Source: Selaginella moellendorffii (lineage: Eukaryota; Plantae; Lycopodiophyta). Taken from it: a DNA stretch of 64,000 nucleotides. The stretch lies in contig NW_003314269.1 in the NCBI RefSeq assembly GCF_000143415.4, forward strand, positions 458,401-522,400, read 5' to 3'. Both the position numbers and the translations under genes were made by a program. Positions 35,182 to 50,123 of the stretch are shown here, one piece after another; within the stretch, counting starts at the first letter, position 1, and every line of letters starts with the position of its first letter. The notes under the pieces are model-generated. The model worked only from the letters and a program-made list of their open reading frames with translations. It had not been told where the DNA came from and searched no databases.

Positions 35182-37415
35182 TTTTAACGGAATATAGGTG
35201 TGGTTTATAAATTGTTTTTTCCTTTGGCATGGCAGATCTCTTATTCTTCTTCTTACTCTTTTTATTATTATTGAAAACAATAATAACTTTTGATATTATA
35301 AATTTTTTTTATAATATTCACTTCGCAAGGCTATGATTTCATCTTGTTGGAGACTAGAAGTTATTGTTTTTGCTAGAAAGTTTCAAGAGTTCCAGATAGC
35401 GTGCATGCAACTCCTGCTGATGTTGATGCCTGGGCAGGAAAAAGAAGAAGAAAGAGCAATCCGTGGTTTTGATTCTCTTTGCCTTTTACTTTTTTTTTTT
35501 CCTTTAATCAGTTTTTGATAATCAGGTTTTTTGCAGGCATTCAAGGCTTTCCGTTGGCGTTGTTGACACAATAATAAATACCCTCTCTGCGAGTGAAAAC
35601 GAAGCTCCGGCTGGAATAGGCGATAGGGGTGAATCGATTTCGAGGAAAAGAAACAGAAAGTCACCGCGTAACTTTGGCAGCTTGATCGTAGCGAGCAGTA
35701 CTCGCAGTAGGATGTTCCACTGCGAGTACTGAAAATGCCCACTGATAAGTAGATTCTACCCAACACTCTTTAAACTCTGACCCGGTAAATTCACTCGGCT
35801 TTGGATTGATACGTGGAATAGGCAAAACTTGCATGGATAAAAAAATCAACGTAGCAAAACACGTATATCAAACAAGAGAGTCGGTTCCTCCATTTTGTTT
35901 TCTGTCCTGGAAGATTTACTGTGGATTGCCCGCGTAAGCGCAGCGTGAGAACGAGGAGAGACAAAGCGACCCATTCAAATAAAGGGCGAGAGAAAGAGTA
36001 AAAACAAGGAATAGAGTCGAGCTTTGCGTTGTGAGCTACAGCATTGAGTCAGTCTGGCTGGCATCTCTGGCACTACAAATCTCCACTCACTCTCATCCCT
36101 CATCTCTTTGCTCCTCCTCGAGCTCTTCCTCTCGAGAGCTCTTCACTCAGCTCTAGATTGAGGAGCATCCCTCAATCGCTCGTCGCGTCGCTCGCTGGCT
36201 GCTCCAATCCGATCCGATCGCACCACCAGCAGCACCGGCGATTCTAGATCTCAATTCTCTGCGAGGCTTTCAATCAGTGAGATCGATCATTCCAGCATAG
36301 AAAGACGGAAAAAGGATAAGGAGAACAGGGGGATTTTGCGAGCTCGATCTTCCGGCAAAATGGGGACCAGATTGGTGGCTTCCCGCAGCTCGATCGCCCT
36401 GGGATGGGCTCTAGCGCTGGTGACAATCGCGGCATTGGGAGAGATTAATGTGGTGAGCGCGAATTACGATTACTCTTCGCCGCCGCCGCCTTATGTGTAC
36501 AAGTCGCCACCTCCGCCATCCCCGTCGCCGCCGCCTCCGTACATCTACAAATCGCCGCCTCCGCCGTCTTCTTCGCCGCCACCACCATACGTCTACAAAT
36601 CACCGCCGCCACCATCTCCATCTCCGCCTCCTCCTTACATTTATAAATCTCCTCCTCCGCCATCTCCGTCTCCGCCACCTCCATATGTCTATAAGTCGCC
36701 GCCGCCGCCATCTCCCTCTCCGCCACCCCCGTACGTATACAAATCTCCACCACCTCCATCTCCCTCCCCGCCACCCCCGTATGTGTATCAATCCCCGCCA
36801 CCGCCATCTCCCTCGCCGCCTCCTCCATATGTTTACAGCTCGCCACCTCCGCCATCTCCCTCACCACCACCACCGTACGTTTACAAATCTCCGCCGCCTC
36901 CATCTCCATCCCCGCCACCTCCTTATGTGTATAAATCTCCGCCGCCTCCATCTCCATCCCCGCCACCTCCATATGTGTACAAATCTCCGCCACCACCATC
37001 CCCATCCCCACCACCTCCATATGTGTACAAATCTCCGCCACCACCATCCCCATCACCACCTCCGCCATATGTATACAAATCCCCGCCACCACCTTCACCA
37101 TCTCCGCCACCACCATACGTTTACCAATCTCCACCCCCGCCATCTCCATCGCCCCCTCCTCCTTACTACTACAAGTCGCCGCCACCACCCTCTCCATCCC
37201 CTCCACCACCGTATATCTACAAGTCTCCACCTCCGCCATCACCGTCCCCACCACCACCATACGTATACATGTCCCCTCCACCACCCTCGCCATCGCCGCC
37301 ACCTCCGTACGTCTATAGCTCGCCACCACCTCCGCCCGTGTATTACTATAGCTCTCCTCCTCCTCCATCTTACTATTGATTCGACGAAGCATAAGGACGA
37401 TGAGCTTCTAGTGTT
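35182..37415 (+). repeat. Tandem segmental duplication, copy 2
   Basis: Colinear with 31651-33777. Confidence 0.92.
36360..37379 (+). CDS. Classical extensin, copy 2
   Basis: Same signal peptide as copy 1, longer repeat array. Confidence 0.95.
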   Translation: MGTRLVASRSSIALGWALALVTIAALGEINVVSANYDYSSPPPPYVYKSPPPPSPSPPPPYIYKSPPPPSSSPPPPYVYKSPPPPSPSPPPPYIYKSPPPPSPSPPPPYVYKSPPPPSPSPPPPYVYKSPPPPSPSPPPPYVYQSPPPPSPSPPPPYVYSSPPPPSPSPPPPYVYKSPPPPSPSPPPPYVYKSPPPPSPSPPPPYVYKSPPPPSPSPPPPYVYKSPPPPSPSPPPPYVYKSPPPPSPSPPPPYVYQSPPPPSPSPPPPYYYKSPPPPSPSPPPPYIYKSPPPPSPSPPPPYVYMSPPPPSPSPPPPYVYSSPPPPPVYYYSSPPPPSYY

Positions 37416-37899
37416 GCGGATTTGAGTCAGTGTTATCGGATGATGTGCATTAATGAACGTTTGTGGCTTTTGCCCTTAGTTATAGTCTTGGCTGCGTCAG
37501 CGAGAGCCGCTGTCTAGATATGTTTCTATTGATTTTCTTTCCCAGTGCTAGAGATTTGTTACCTTCCATCTCGAAATCTTTCTCGAAACCTTTGGAAGTC
37601 ATGCTCAAGGATTTTCCAGCTGAGCATAAAGCCAGAGTTTGCCTAGGAGATTTTATCTTCTGGTATCAGCGGAAGACGCTAGAGGCTTCCATTGCTCTGT
37701 CTCTGTGCTCCATAAAAGAATGGATGAAGAAAACCTGATGAAGGGCAGCATATACATTGTGAAGAAGTTGGTGCTTGGAATCTGTGAAAAACAAAAAGAA
37801 AGGTTTTGAGATCATTAAAATAATAGCTCCCGTTTACTATATAATCACATGTTGGTTCGGGATCAAGCACTACTTCCACTGCCATTCTTCGTTGCTCCT

Positions 37900-38023
37900 C
37901 CAGAGATGCCAGCCAGACTGACTCAACGCTATAGCTCACAGCGCAAAGCTTGACTCTATTCCTTGTTTTTACTCTTTCTCTCCCCCCTTTATTTGAATGG
38001 GTCGCTTTATCTCTTGTTCTCAT
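37900..38023 (-). repeat. Inverted copy of the extensin upstream segment 35945-36070
   Basis: CCAGAGATGCCAGCCAGACTGACTCAA...TTTATTTGAATGGGTCGCTTT is the reverse complement of 35945-36070 with few mismatches. Confidence 0.92.
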
Positions 38024-38077
38024 ACCGCTCTTGCATCGCTTGCTTCAACATTCTTCTTTGATCTCATCTCTTCATCG

Positions 38078-39677
38078 CTGCTCCAGCATGCTCCACTGCC
38101 ACTGTCTCATCTTCTTCCTCTTTGCAGCCTTCATCACATAATCTTCTCAGCAGCTAGAGCATTCCCAAAAACATCTTTGTCTTCCTTTTTGGTTGCTACT
38201 ACCTTCTTTTTGTTTGCTTCAGCAGCATTGCTGTTTTTTGCCATTGAATTAGATGGCTTGATCCTTGTCAAGCAATGCCTTATTATCATTCCTTGGCAGT
38301 GGCACTGGCTTGTGTGTCTTCATGGCTCTTGGCTTTAGTGGCATTGTTTGCTCCTCTTAGTTTTGTCTTTAGTCTGTGCTTTGACTGCTAATACTGTAAT
38401 TTAAAAATCTAAATTGTCAAAATAGCATAAAATAGAATGTTACTTAACTAACTAATAGTGGAGAACTGCTAAGAAAAATGTTTTTAAATCTTGGCACATA
38501 TGTTTTGAAAATTATAAGCCAATTTATTTAAAGAATGTTTAGATACTATGGTATTTTAACAATTACAAATGATATAGCTAATGGATTTATAATCTATCAC
38601 ATATTTAATAACTAAACTATATAAAATAAAATAAAAATTAATTGACAAATATAAAAAACTCCAATATAAAAGTAATTAAAAAACATTAACTAAATGAAAA
38701 ATGATTCATTAGTATATCTTGTACAAACATAATTAATATAACTTATTTCATGATTATAAATATGATTTTTTTTCATTAATCACATTAATAATTTCTCAAA
38801 AAATATTATAAATTGGTTTCAATACAAGAATTTATTTATGTGTACTTACTTTTACTTTAAGGGCCTTTGCCACTATGCCTATAATCATAAAAAATATGTA
38901 TAAATTATTATGCAGAAAATAATTAAAAAATAATTTTATTTTTGAAACAATTATAAATTTTATGTAAAATTTCTTAATATTTATTATTTATATTTATAGA
39001 TAAAGGTTATAAAATTTCTAGTATAATATTTTAATCTAAAAAAATCAGTTGTAATGATGTATTTATAAAAGATTTTTAGAAAAAGATAATCACCATAAAA
39101 ATTAATTAAAATAAATTTTTAAAAATTAGTTAATATATAATAGTAATCAAACACAACTAGAAAAAAAATGAAAGCATTAAAAATATTTTGCACAAATATC
39201 TTTTGATCTTGTTGTTCAAACTATATATTGAGTTGAGTTAAGTTGTTTAAGAAGAGTTAAAGTAGAGTAAAAATCCTAAATTAATAAATTAAAGATTCCT
39301 CAAACAGGATTAAGAAAAGTTCCAAGAAAAAAAAACTTTTGAATACAGAAGAATATTTTTTTATTTACTTTGTTATTTTATCAAAATTTACCAATCTAAG
39401 CATATTGCCATTAGTTTATTAAAGAAAATTGAAATGCCAACAAGATAATTGCTTGCTAGTCTATTAAGTGGCACTAGCCAAGATTGCTGTGATTTATATG
39501 TATATGCTTCTCCTGAGCTAGCTGTTCTTTGTTCATTGAATCACAACTATAAAGTTTTTGAAACACAAAATGTGAATGGAAATCTGGATTCTATTCCTCA
39601 CAACCACCATGCTGTTTTTATAAAAGAGCAGCACATGCTGAAAACTCTGCTGCACCTGGACTTCTCAAAGCCAGACA
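38078..39677. mobile_element. CpG-free, largely very AT-rich tract; probably a decayed methylated repeat or TE of unknown class
   Basis: No CG dinucleotide found by eye over ~1.6 kb; flanked by stop-riddled coding-like remnants; no transposase motif or termini recognised. Confidence 0.4.
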
Positions 39678-40889
39678 CGCAGCAAGAGTACCACAAGTTT
39701 CTGCATTGTCCCGGAAAGCAAGTGCAACACTCTTGAATTTCCAGCAAAACCTTGGCAGTTTTTTCTTTCCTTGCGAAGGGTTGTTGCATTGGTCGCGCGT
39801 CCCTCTCCAAAACCAAGAGGGTTTAACGCCTCTTTAAAGCAACTTATGGCATGCCTGGAAAGCCAAGAAGTGGAATGCTCCACATTTGGGTGCGCAAACC
39901 TTTGTGTTTTGGTGCCATTGGGAGGCTTGGATTGGATCCTGCACCCAAATCGAGTCACAAAAGCAATGCTTTGAATGTCCGAAAATTTTGACTTGAAATA
40001 TAAAAAAAAAGTTGTAAGTTGTGCGAGAGTGAGTGGCTCCAGCGATAAAGCCGTGTTTTGCAGCTAACCAATCAGTTGGGAGCGTTGTCAACCCCGGCCT
40101 GCCCATTCCACCACAAGCGTTCATCGTGGCCGTTGCTTCGGCATCAATGATTAATTCGTAAATTGGTAAAAAGACACGATTTTCCTATCGACGCTCGGGG
40201 TGAATCGCGCGCGGAGGTGGCAGGCGCCAGGGCCGTCGGATGGCCAGCATGGAATTTAAAAAGGTAGGTCACGTGTTACGGTGGCAGTAAAAAAAGGCAA
40301 GTAATCGATTTACTGCCCTTTTTTTTCTTCCTCTCTCTTTCTTATGCTTTGGGCTGTGGTGGTGTGTCGTTCATCTTCCATTTCTTTGTGCGCGTCGCGT
40401 CGTCGGTGGGCGAGTGCTTGATCTGGCGCCTCGCGAGCTCTAGGTAGATCGCGGCTGGCCTCGGCGCGTCTGCGATAGGTATGGTGGCGCTCGATCTGGC
40501 GCCGGCGAGGGCGCTGTGCCACGATCTGGTGATCCGGGGCTAGGGCCGAGCAGGGAGATCGATATTTCGGGGCGGCGCAGGGATCTTGCGGCGGCTGGGG
40601 CGAGGGAGGAGCTGCATTTTGGGGGAATCCGGGATTAGGGCGTGGGGATGAGACAAGCGGCGGAGGGGTTCGATACCTGCTGTTGCCGCTGCCGGTTGCC
40701 ATCGCCGAATTGCCAGAATTCTTCTATCTGGGACACGAGGAGGGTGCCGCGATTTGGGAATTCCCAGCTTGTGGAAGCTAGCGCTGTCAAGAACAAGGAT
40801 GTTTTGTGGGAAGCCTGGGGATTGAGGGGCCGCTGCGGTGGATCATCACTGGATGCTTGCTCTTGCGTCGCGGCATTGCTGGGCAGCAC

Positions 40890-43403
<2,514 letters not shown>

Positions 43404-43708
43404 CGAGAATACGATTGAGGAAGACAACGACGAAGACGATGAACAAGGATGGAAGAAGACGATGAGATCATCCCTGTTGTGTAACTGATGGTGAAGATAT
43501 CGAGTGTTTGCGCGAGATGATCGATCGACCAGGGAGGAGGGAGAAAGAGACGAAGAACAAGAGAGACGAAGAGAGAGACGAAGAACAAGAGAAATTCTTT
43601 CTATTATTTTTTTCTTCTTCTTCCGTTGTGTCCGTACGGTATTGGAATATTTCCGTTATGGCGCGTATCTTCAAAAGTTTAGGGCTAGGGCTTAGCTAGG
43701 GCGATGCG

Positions 43709-46420
43709 ATGCAAGGGGCGATTATCGCGCTCCCCACGACGCCGCGCTACAAGGAGAGGAGTGGCGCTGCTGCGCCACAGCGCTGGAGGGACGATCTAGA
43801 TGCTTGTGCGCCCCGGATGGATCAGCATCGGCGGCGCCCGGATTCCTCCGCGCCGCATTACATCAGTCCGGTGCTGCTGCGGCTCATCGCCTCCAATGCG
43901 CCGATGGAGCTGGATGTCTTCAGCGATCTCGTGCGCAGGAGCAAGGTGCGTGGTCTACACGGTTACAGGGTTCGCGAGCGGCAGTGCTTGCGTAAGCCGC
44001 AGCGGCCGGCGAAGGATCCCGTGGAAGAGCTGCTAGAGACGATCCGGGAATACAACAAGATCAGTGAGGATTTGGATGGAGGAGCTGAGAATCCTGGCAA
44101 GGATCAAAGTAGTCTAGACAGACGAAGAGAAAGGGACAAACACGAGAATGCTACCTGTAGTAGTAGCGATAGGATTTCCAGGGAAGGACAGTCGAGCAGG
44201 GATTTCGAGAAATGCAGAGAAAGAGGATGGAATCGTTCTGCCGGGGGATCGAGGAATGCAAAGAGGAATAGTAAGCAGTGGAGTGGAAGGAGTAGTAAAG
44301 AGAATAGCTGTGGTGGAAGGAGCTGTAGCAGGGAGTGCGTTGAGAGGTATTCCAGAGAAAAGGACTGCTTTGAGAGGCCCCGCAGTAAAAGCAGGCATCA
44401 AGAGAGACCGTTTTCGGCTAGAGAAGGTCGCTGTGCCAAGGAGAGTAGTCTTCTTGCAAAGAGGCCTTGGTCTGCTAGAGATGAGTCTCCTGCGAGAAAA
44501 GCCAGGAGCAAGAGTGAGCTCGATGATATGGACGGTTCCGTCGACGATGGTAGCAAGTCTTCTTCGCGAGATGGTCCTGCGTTTGAGTCTCCACCGAAGA
44601 GGGGCAAGAGTAAGCAGCAGAGTTGGCAGGGTACTCCGTGCGACTTTGGCCACTCCTTTCATGACGAAGAGCTTATCAAAGCCGGAAGTAAGCACCGTGC
44701 CGTTGCTTGTGACCAGGACGAGAAAAACTTGCATAAGGAAGATGTTCATCCGGCCAGGCCCTCGCTACAGGAAATTCGGTTCAGACCCGCTTCAGCTGGA
44801 CCAGTTTTGACGTCCGAAAGAGCGAAGCCACTGTGGTTTAGACAAGCCAGTGTGAAGGCTCTACTGGCACTGGAGAGGAACTTATACACGAAGCTGAATA
44901 TAGCTGACACCAAGGGGCTGAGCAGCAACTTTGACGAAACAGAGCAGGTGTCTTTGCACTTGCAGAGCTCCAAATCGAGGATCAAAGACGAAGAGTTCAC
45001 GTCAGGCTGCTTGAAATCAACGAGCAGTAAGCATAGTGTAAGTAGCAGCCATGCAAGGCCCGTGACTGCACCAGTGGTAGTAAATACCACTTCTGAGATT
45101 GCTGCAGCAGCTGAGAAGGTCTTTCCGGACAACACTTCGAACGCTCAGAGCAATCAGCTTCACACTTTTTCACCAAGAAAGAGCGTGGTGGAAAATGCAA
45201 CCGGTCTCCAGGGAGTCCAGCATCCGTGCGTTGATAGTGCGGTCTGCTCAACGGATGTAGATTTTCCTATAACGAGAAAGTTTGTCGAGGATAAGAGGTG
45301 TTTCACTGCTCCAAGCTCGCTCGACACACCAAGAAAGTCGGGGGGATCACCGAAGAAACTCCCAGCTGCGAAGGACGTTGACGAAGATTTGGCAGCGAGC
45401 GACGACGAGGAAGAGAACGATGTTTTCAAGGACTACGTTCAGAATGGCATGCCAGACAACAATGGAGCTGCTGAGGATGCACCAAGCACTTGCTCGTCTG
45501 ACTACGAGGACGTGGATATAGAGGAGGTTTTGCAGGAAAACGCGAAGCCTGTAGAACAGGAAGACAACCAAAACCGTGCTTGCTTCCTCAAGCTCAAGAA
45601 GAAAGGTGTCAATATCGCGGAGGACGTGACAGACTTGTTCAAGGGGGTTCACGAGTCCCTTCTGGTGTCCTCGAAGCTGGCCGAGGTGGTTGATCTGTGC
45701 TCCAAGCGTGGCCAGGAACTGCTTAGAGCCCGGGAATCTATGGTCAGTACTGAGAAGGCTCCAGAGAGAAGTCGATGGCCGTTCAGGCTCCATCGAACAA
45801 GGCAATCGAGGGCCAACCGACGTGCCTTGCGAGCGGAGTTGAAGTGGTCCATCTTCTCCAATGGTGGAAAGCTCAGAGCTTTAAATCCGATATATGGTGG
45901 AAAGAAGTTCATCCCACAAAGGATAAGGTTCGTCTCCGGGGATGACCATCATGCTGAGGTACTTTGCTTTGCCTTAACAACACCTCTACAACCTTTTGCT
46001 TAGAGTTTTCTTATATTCTCAGACTCCTAAGCAATCGAAACGGCCAGCTACAGCTCCAGCCGACGTGCAAAGAGCGCCGAGGTTTAAGCTGGCTTTTGTT
46101 TGTGATTCTAATTTATTCTCTTATTTTAGCAGGGAAGATACTGTACACGGTAAACATCCAAATGTTTCTTCTAACGGAGTTCGACGCGCAGAAAGCATTG
46201 GTCCTTGGACTCCAACTCCAGAAGCAAACAACACACGGTTTCACCAATTTGATGCTGCAAAGCACCAGGTACAATACCTGCTTTGTTAGTCAGCTTATGC
46301 TGGCTGTGTTTTCAGAAGAAGAGACTGCCGCTGGAAACTCAAAAGGATTTTCAGCAGTTACAGATTTCGGAAGCCGTGACTGCGTTTATCTGTGCTGCCA
46401 AGCAAAAGTTTTCATGGTGA
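43709..46420 (+). CDS. Large hydrophilic protein of unknown function (long first exon to 45958 plus ~3 small exons)
   Basis: 750-codon open exon; in-frame GT-AG exons at 46023-46081, ~46130-46268 and 46316-~46420. Confidence 0.7.
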
Positions 46421-46507
46421 GTTCCTGTTGGAGAAGTTTCGTTCAAGCCATTTTAAGTATTGCTCTCTTCAGATCAAAACAGCGTGGGTTCCCTTTGAAA
46501 CGAGCTA

Positions 46508-47840
46508 TTAAACCACGGCCGACACAGATGCAAGCTCTTCGACATTGATTGGCGACGCATAGGCTGTGGTCCCGTTGTAAAAATCGGTGGCAATAACCAT
46601 GTTGGCCGCTTCCGTGGGATGGAAAGGATCCCAGAACAGGTACTCTTTCCTATTACTGCACAGGTTTGATATTGGCATGCAAGCGAGGAGGCCATTGAGT
46701 CTTCCAAGCCCGCAGCAACCTTCGTCCGTCACCTTAAAACCTGCGAGAACAAGCAACGCGTAGAAAACTGCTTGCTGAGTGAAGAGGCACACGTACCATA
46801 TGATGCAGGCGACTTGACCATGTCGATGAACCTGTCGTAGCCATGCGCGTACACGAACCGGACTTTGGGAAGCTGCTTGAGCAAAATTCCACTGAGCTGC
46901 CTCTGGAGTGCCGCGTTGAAGCCTTGGACATAGCTGTTTACTTGAGGATTGCATTTCTGGTCAGTGGTTCTCATCAGCTGGTTGGGAATGCAACCGAGTG
47001 GGCCGACTCCAAAGACAACCATTTTCCTGGCTCCGAGGTCGTACAGACGCTGCCCAGCGATAGAAACCAAGTCAGCGGAAGGAAGAAACTACCAAAGAGA
47101 AAGAAAAGGACATCCAAAACTCACGGATATCTGCTGCGAGTACGTCGAGATCAGCATGTCTTGGAACTGAGATGTGTTATACAGCGACGGGGTCGGGGAG
47201 AAGGTGACGAGATAGTTGTTGATATAGTCGTTTGCTCCGAAGGCCACCATGTAGATCGAGTCCGCCAGGAACTTGTTGGCCGCGTCCATTCCCAGCTCCG
47301 TGACGTAGCGCTGCTTCGTGCCGGCGAAGTAGACGAGCTGCTGGTTGAACGAGAGCCTAGCAATCTGGAAGACAAGGCAGCAATAAGGAAGAAGTACTTG
47401 ACAGGGGTGGGAACTTACGTAGTTTGCTCCAGTGGCATCCAGAACGCCCCCAGCTCCGGAAGCGTAGTTTAGTCCGCGAGAGATGTCTTTGATCGTCAAG
47501 TTGGGGGTCAGGTACGCTGGAGGTGGGGGGACTTCGAGGTACTCGCCTGAAAGTCAAGAGGAAAGGTCAGGCAGGATGCAAAGTTGGCCATACCGAGGAA
47601 ATCAGGAATGGTGCGACCATTGCAGAACCTCCCGGTGGGAACGCCGTGGTTGTAGTCGATACCATTGTAGCGGACGTCGGCTTTGGCGAGTGAGTTGATG
47701 TAGTTGTTATTGCCAACGTCGATGAGCGAGTCCCCGAAGATGAACAGAGCTGGGACTTTGGCAGCGTGGAGAAGGCAGGCGGCATTGGAAAGAACACAGG
47801 CCAGGAAGAGTTGGAACTTTGGAACTCCTCGCTGCTCCAT
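46508..47840 (-). CDS. GDSL esterase/lipase
   Basis: FIFGDSLIDVGNNNY, PTGRFCNG, GLNYASGAGG, GANDY, FWDPFHPTEAAN. Confidence 0.95.
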
Positions 47841-48194
47841 CGAGGGACGTGTCCTGCTGGAGTTCATCGAGTTAAGTGCTTGCAACTATCTTTCGCTGCT
47901 TACCACTGACGTCGGGAGCTTCTCTAGATCTCGTCCTCGGCGACAAGAACGAACGTAGAACTGATGAGCGCGCTGAGTGCTTCCTCGAGGAACGCACACA
48001 ACTTGAAGAGAAGCCCGACGTTGAACATACGGGCGTGACTTCTCACACCCCTCCTTGTTGCTGCTCTTCTTCGTGCTCCAGCTCTGGGAAGCAAGAACTC
48101 CCGGCTTGCTATGTAGCCATCCTCGTCACCAGTGGAAGTAAGTCGCTCAACTGCTTTTTTATTTCCCAAGACTCACGGTCCGGAATAGGTGCTG

Positions 48195-49860
48195 CTAACC
48201 ACGCGAGCTGCTGACGATTGACGAGTGGTGGTGGAGCTTGGATCCCTCTGGAAGGCCCAGCGGAATTTCTTCTCCACTCTCGTCATCCTCGTCACCATAG
48301 CGGTTGTTGGTGACGGTGTACATCTCCCATAACTTAATACCGCAGCGGCCGAGAGCTGCGTTAACTCGCTCGCTGTGCTGCTCGCCGGGCCACATTCCAT
48401 CCGGCGACACCAGCACGGCACCCGAGTATGACTGCCCCGCGGCCGTGGCGGCGCCACTGTAGTAGAAGAGCCCCCAGGAGAGATCGTCGGCGCAGTCGAC
48501 TATCCGCCAGAACTCCTTCGAGACGACGCCGTTGTCGAGAACTGTGAAGTAAAAGGTGCCGGGAACCTCTCCTCTGCGAGCACGGTAGTGTCTTCTTCTC
48601 CACACCAGTTCTCCCTCTAACGTCTCCACTTGGAACACAGGATCGTACCACATCGAGTTCTTGGTCCCGCGGTAGTAGAGCTGGATCTGGTTTGCGAAGT
48701 GATCGTAGGCAGCGTTCTGGCCAGCGGCCACCCTCCAGCTCCACTTGAGTGTCCCCAGCCAGCCGATGAAGATGTCCTCGGCCAGAGTGTGAGTGAGTTC
48801 TTGTCCCCGGAACTTTTCTAGCGGCTTCACCACCGGCTGGCTCTGGATCTCGGCGCTCAGTCCCAAGCAGTTGTTCTTCTGGAGGATGCACAGCGAGATG
48901 GCCTCGAGCGTAGGCGTCTCGTACGAAACGATACAGCGGTAGCTGCAAACTTGGTCGTTTGGAGCACAGCTCGTCAGGCAGTCGAGCGCCTTGCGGCAAC
49001 TTGGATCCAAGAGGCAAGCCAGAATCTCCTTCCCGCAGTTCTTGGCCATGCACTGGATTTGTGACAAGCTCGTGGCTCGCAGGTTTTTCAGCAGCGGCAC
49101 GGGAGCTACGTACGAGTCGATGAGAACCAGGAGCGCGAAGCACACGTTGTCGCTGCTGTGACGGCTCCAAGCGTTGGTGACAAGGTCCAGAACCTTCAAG
49201 CCTTTGGCGAGCTTCGTTACTGGGACGATCGAGCGCAGCCGGTCCACCGGGCTCTCCAAAGGCAAAACTTTGACACCTCCCAGCCAGGTACCGGAATTGT
49301 CCGTGGAGTCGAAGCAAATCCTTGTAGGCACTGACGAGCTCGCGCTGTTGATCCAGCTTACAGTGTCGGGATTTCCGAGCCCGAGTCCCAGGAGTATATC
49401 AGCTTTCGCGACCGCCGAGGAGAACTCTCGATTCTCTGGAAGTGATTCGTCCGTGAAGACGAGCATCTCAAAGCTAGCATCAGTCCAGCGAAGCCTCTTC
49501 ACCTGGAAAGAAGAGAAAGAAAAGCGAGGTGGATGAATGAAGGAGACTTAAAACCATACCATATGGTTCATGACTTCCAGCCATGGTGTTTCCTGGAGGG
49601 GGCTCACGGCATTCTCTCCAATCACGGCAACGAGCTTGGCGGCGGCCGTGGGCGAGAATGGAGGCGCTGGAGGCGAGCCGAGCGATGAGGAAGAGGAGGC
49701 AATCGCGCATCGATGCCGCCGAGGGCCTGCCAGATGTGTACTCTTGCTGCCGATGCCTGGACCCGCGATCGCTGATCTTCCTGCCGCCAAAATCGCGATT
49801 CATGACACAATCGATCGAGAGACGTAGCTTACCTCCATGAAGAACCGACACAAGCGCCAT
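48195..49860 (-). CDS. VDR: Violaxanthin de-epoxidase-related protein
   Basis: Cys-rich CMAKNCGKEILACLLDPSCRKALDCLTSCAPNDQVCSYRCIVSYE, WRVAAGQNAAYD, LDNGVVSKEFWRIVD. Confidence 0.88.
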
Positions 49861-50123
49861 TGGGGTTTAGGGTTTATCCTCCCTTTAAAAAGAGGATATT
49901 TTAGTATTCGTTAAGAATCTCTCATCGATCGATCTTCATGAAACTCCAAATGTCGAGTGTGAGAATCAAGATCAAGGCTGTAGGAGGAGCATGGACGAGC
50001 AAGGGCAATTCATCGCGTATAAAATCGCGAGCTCTTTTTCCAGGGGTAAAAGGACGTGACCAAATTTTAGGTTTTAGGGTTCTTCGTCCAGCTGCTGCTA
50101 CTGCCCCTGCTCGCCGGGAGGAG

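Noticed and set aside
32938-37425. His/Arg-rich and Glu/Met/Val-rich ~300-aa ORFs overlapping the extensins
   Set aside because: Frame shadows of the 48-bp Pro-rich repeat.
46473-46511. Convergent genes sharing overlapping stop codons in TTAA
   Set aside because: Exon phase tracking ends the plus-strand gene near 46420, so the overlap with the GDSL stop is unsupported.
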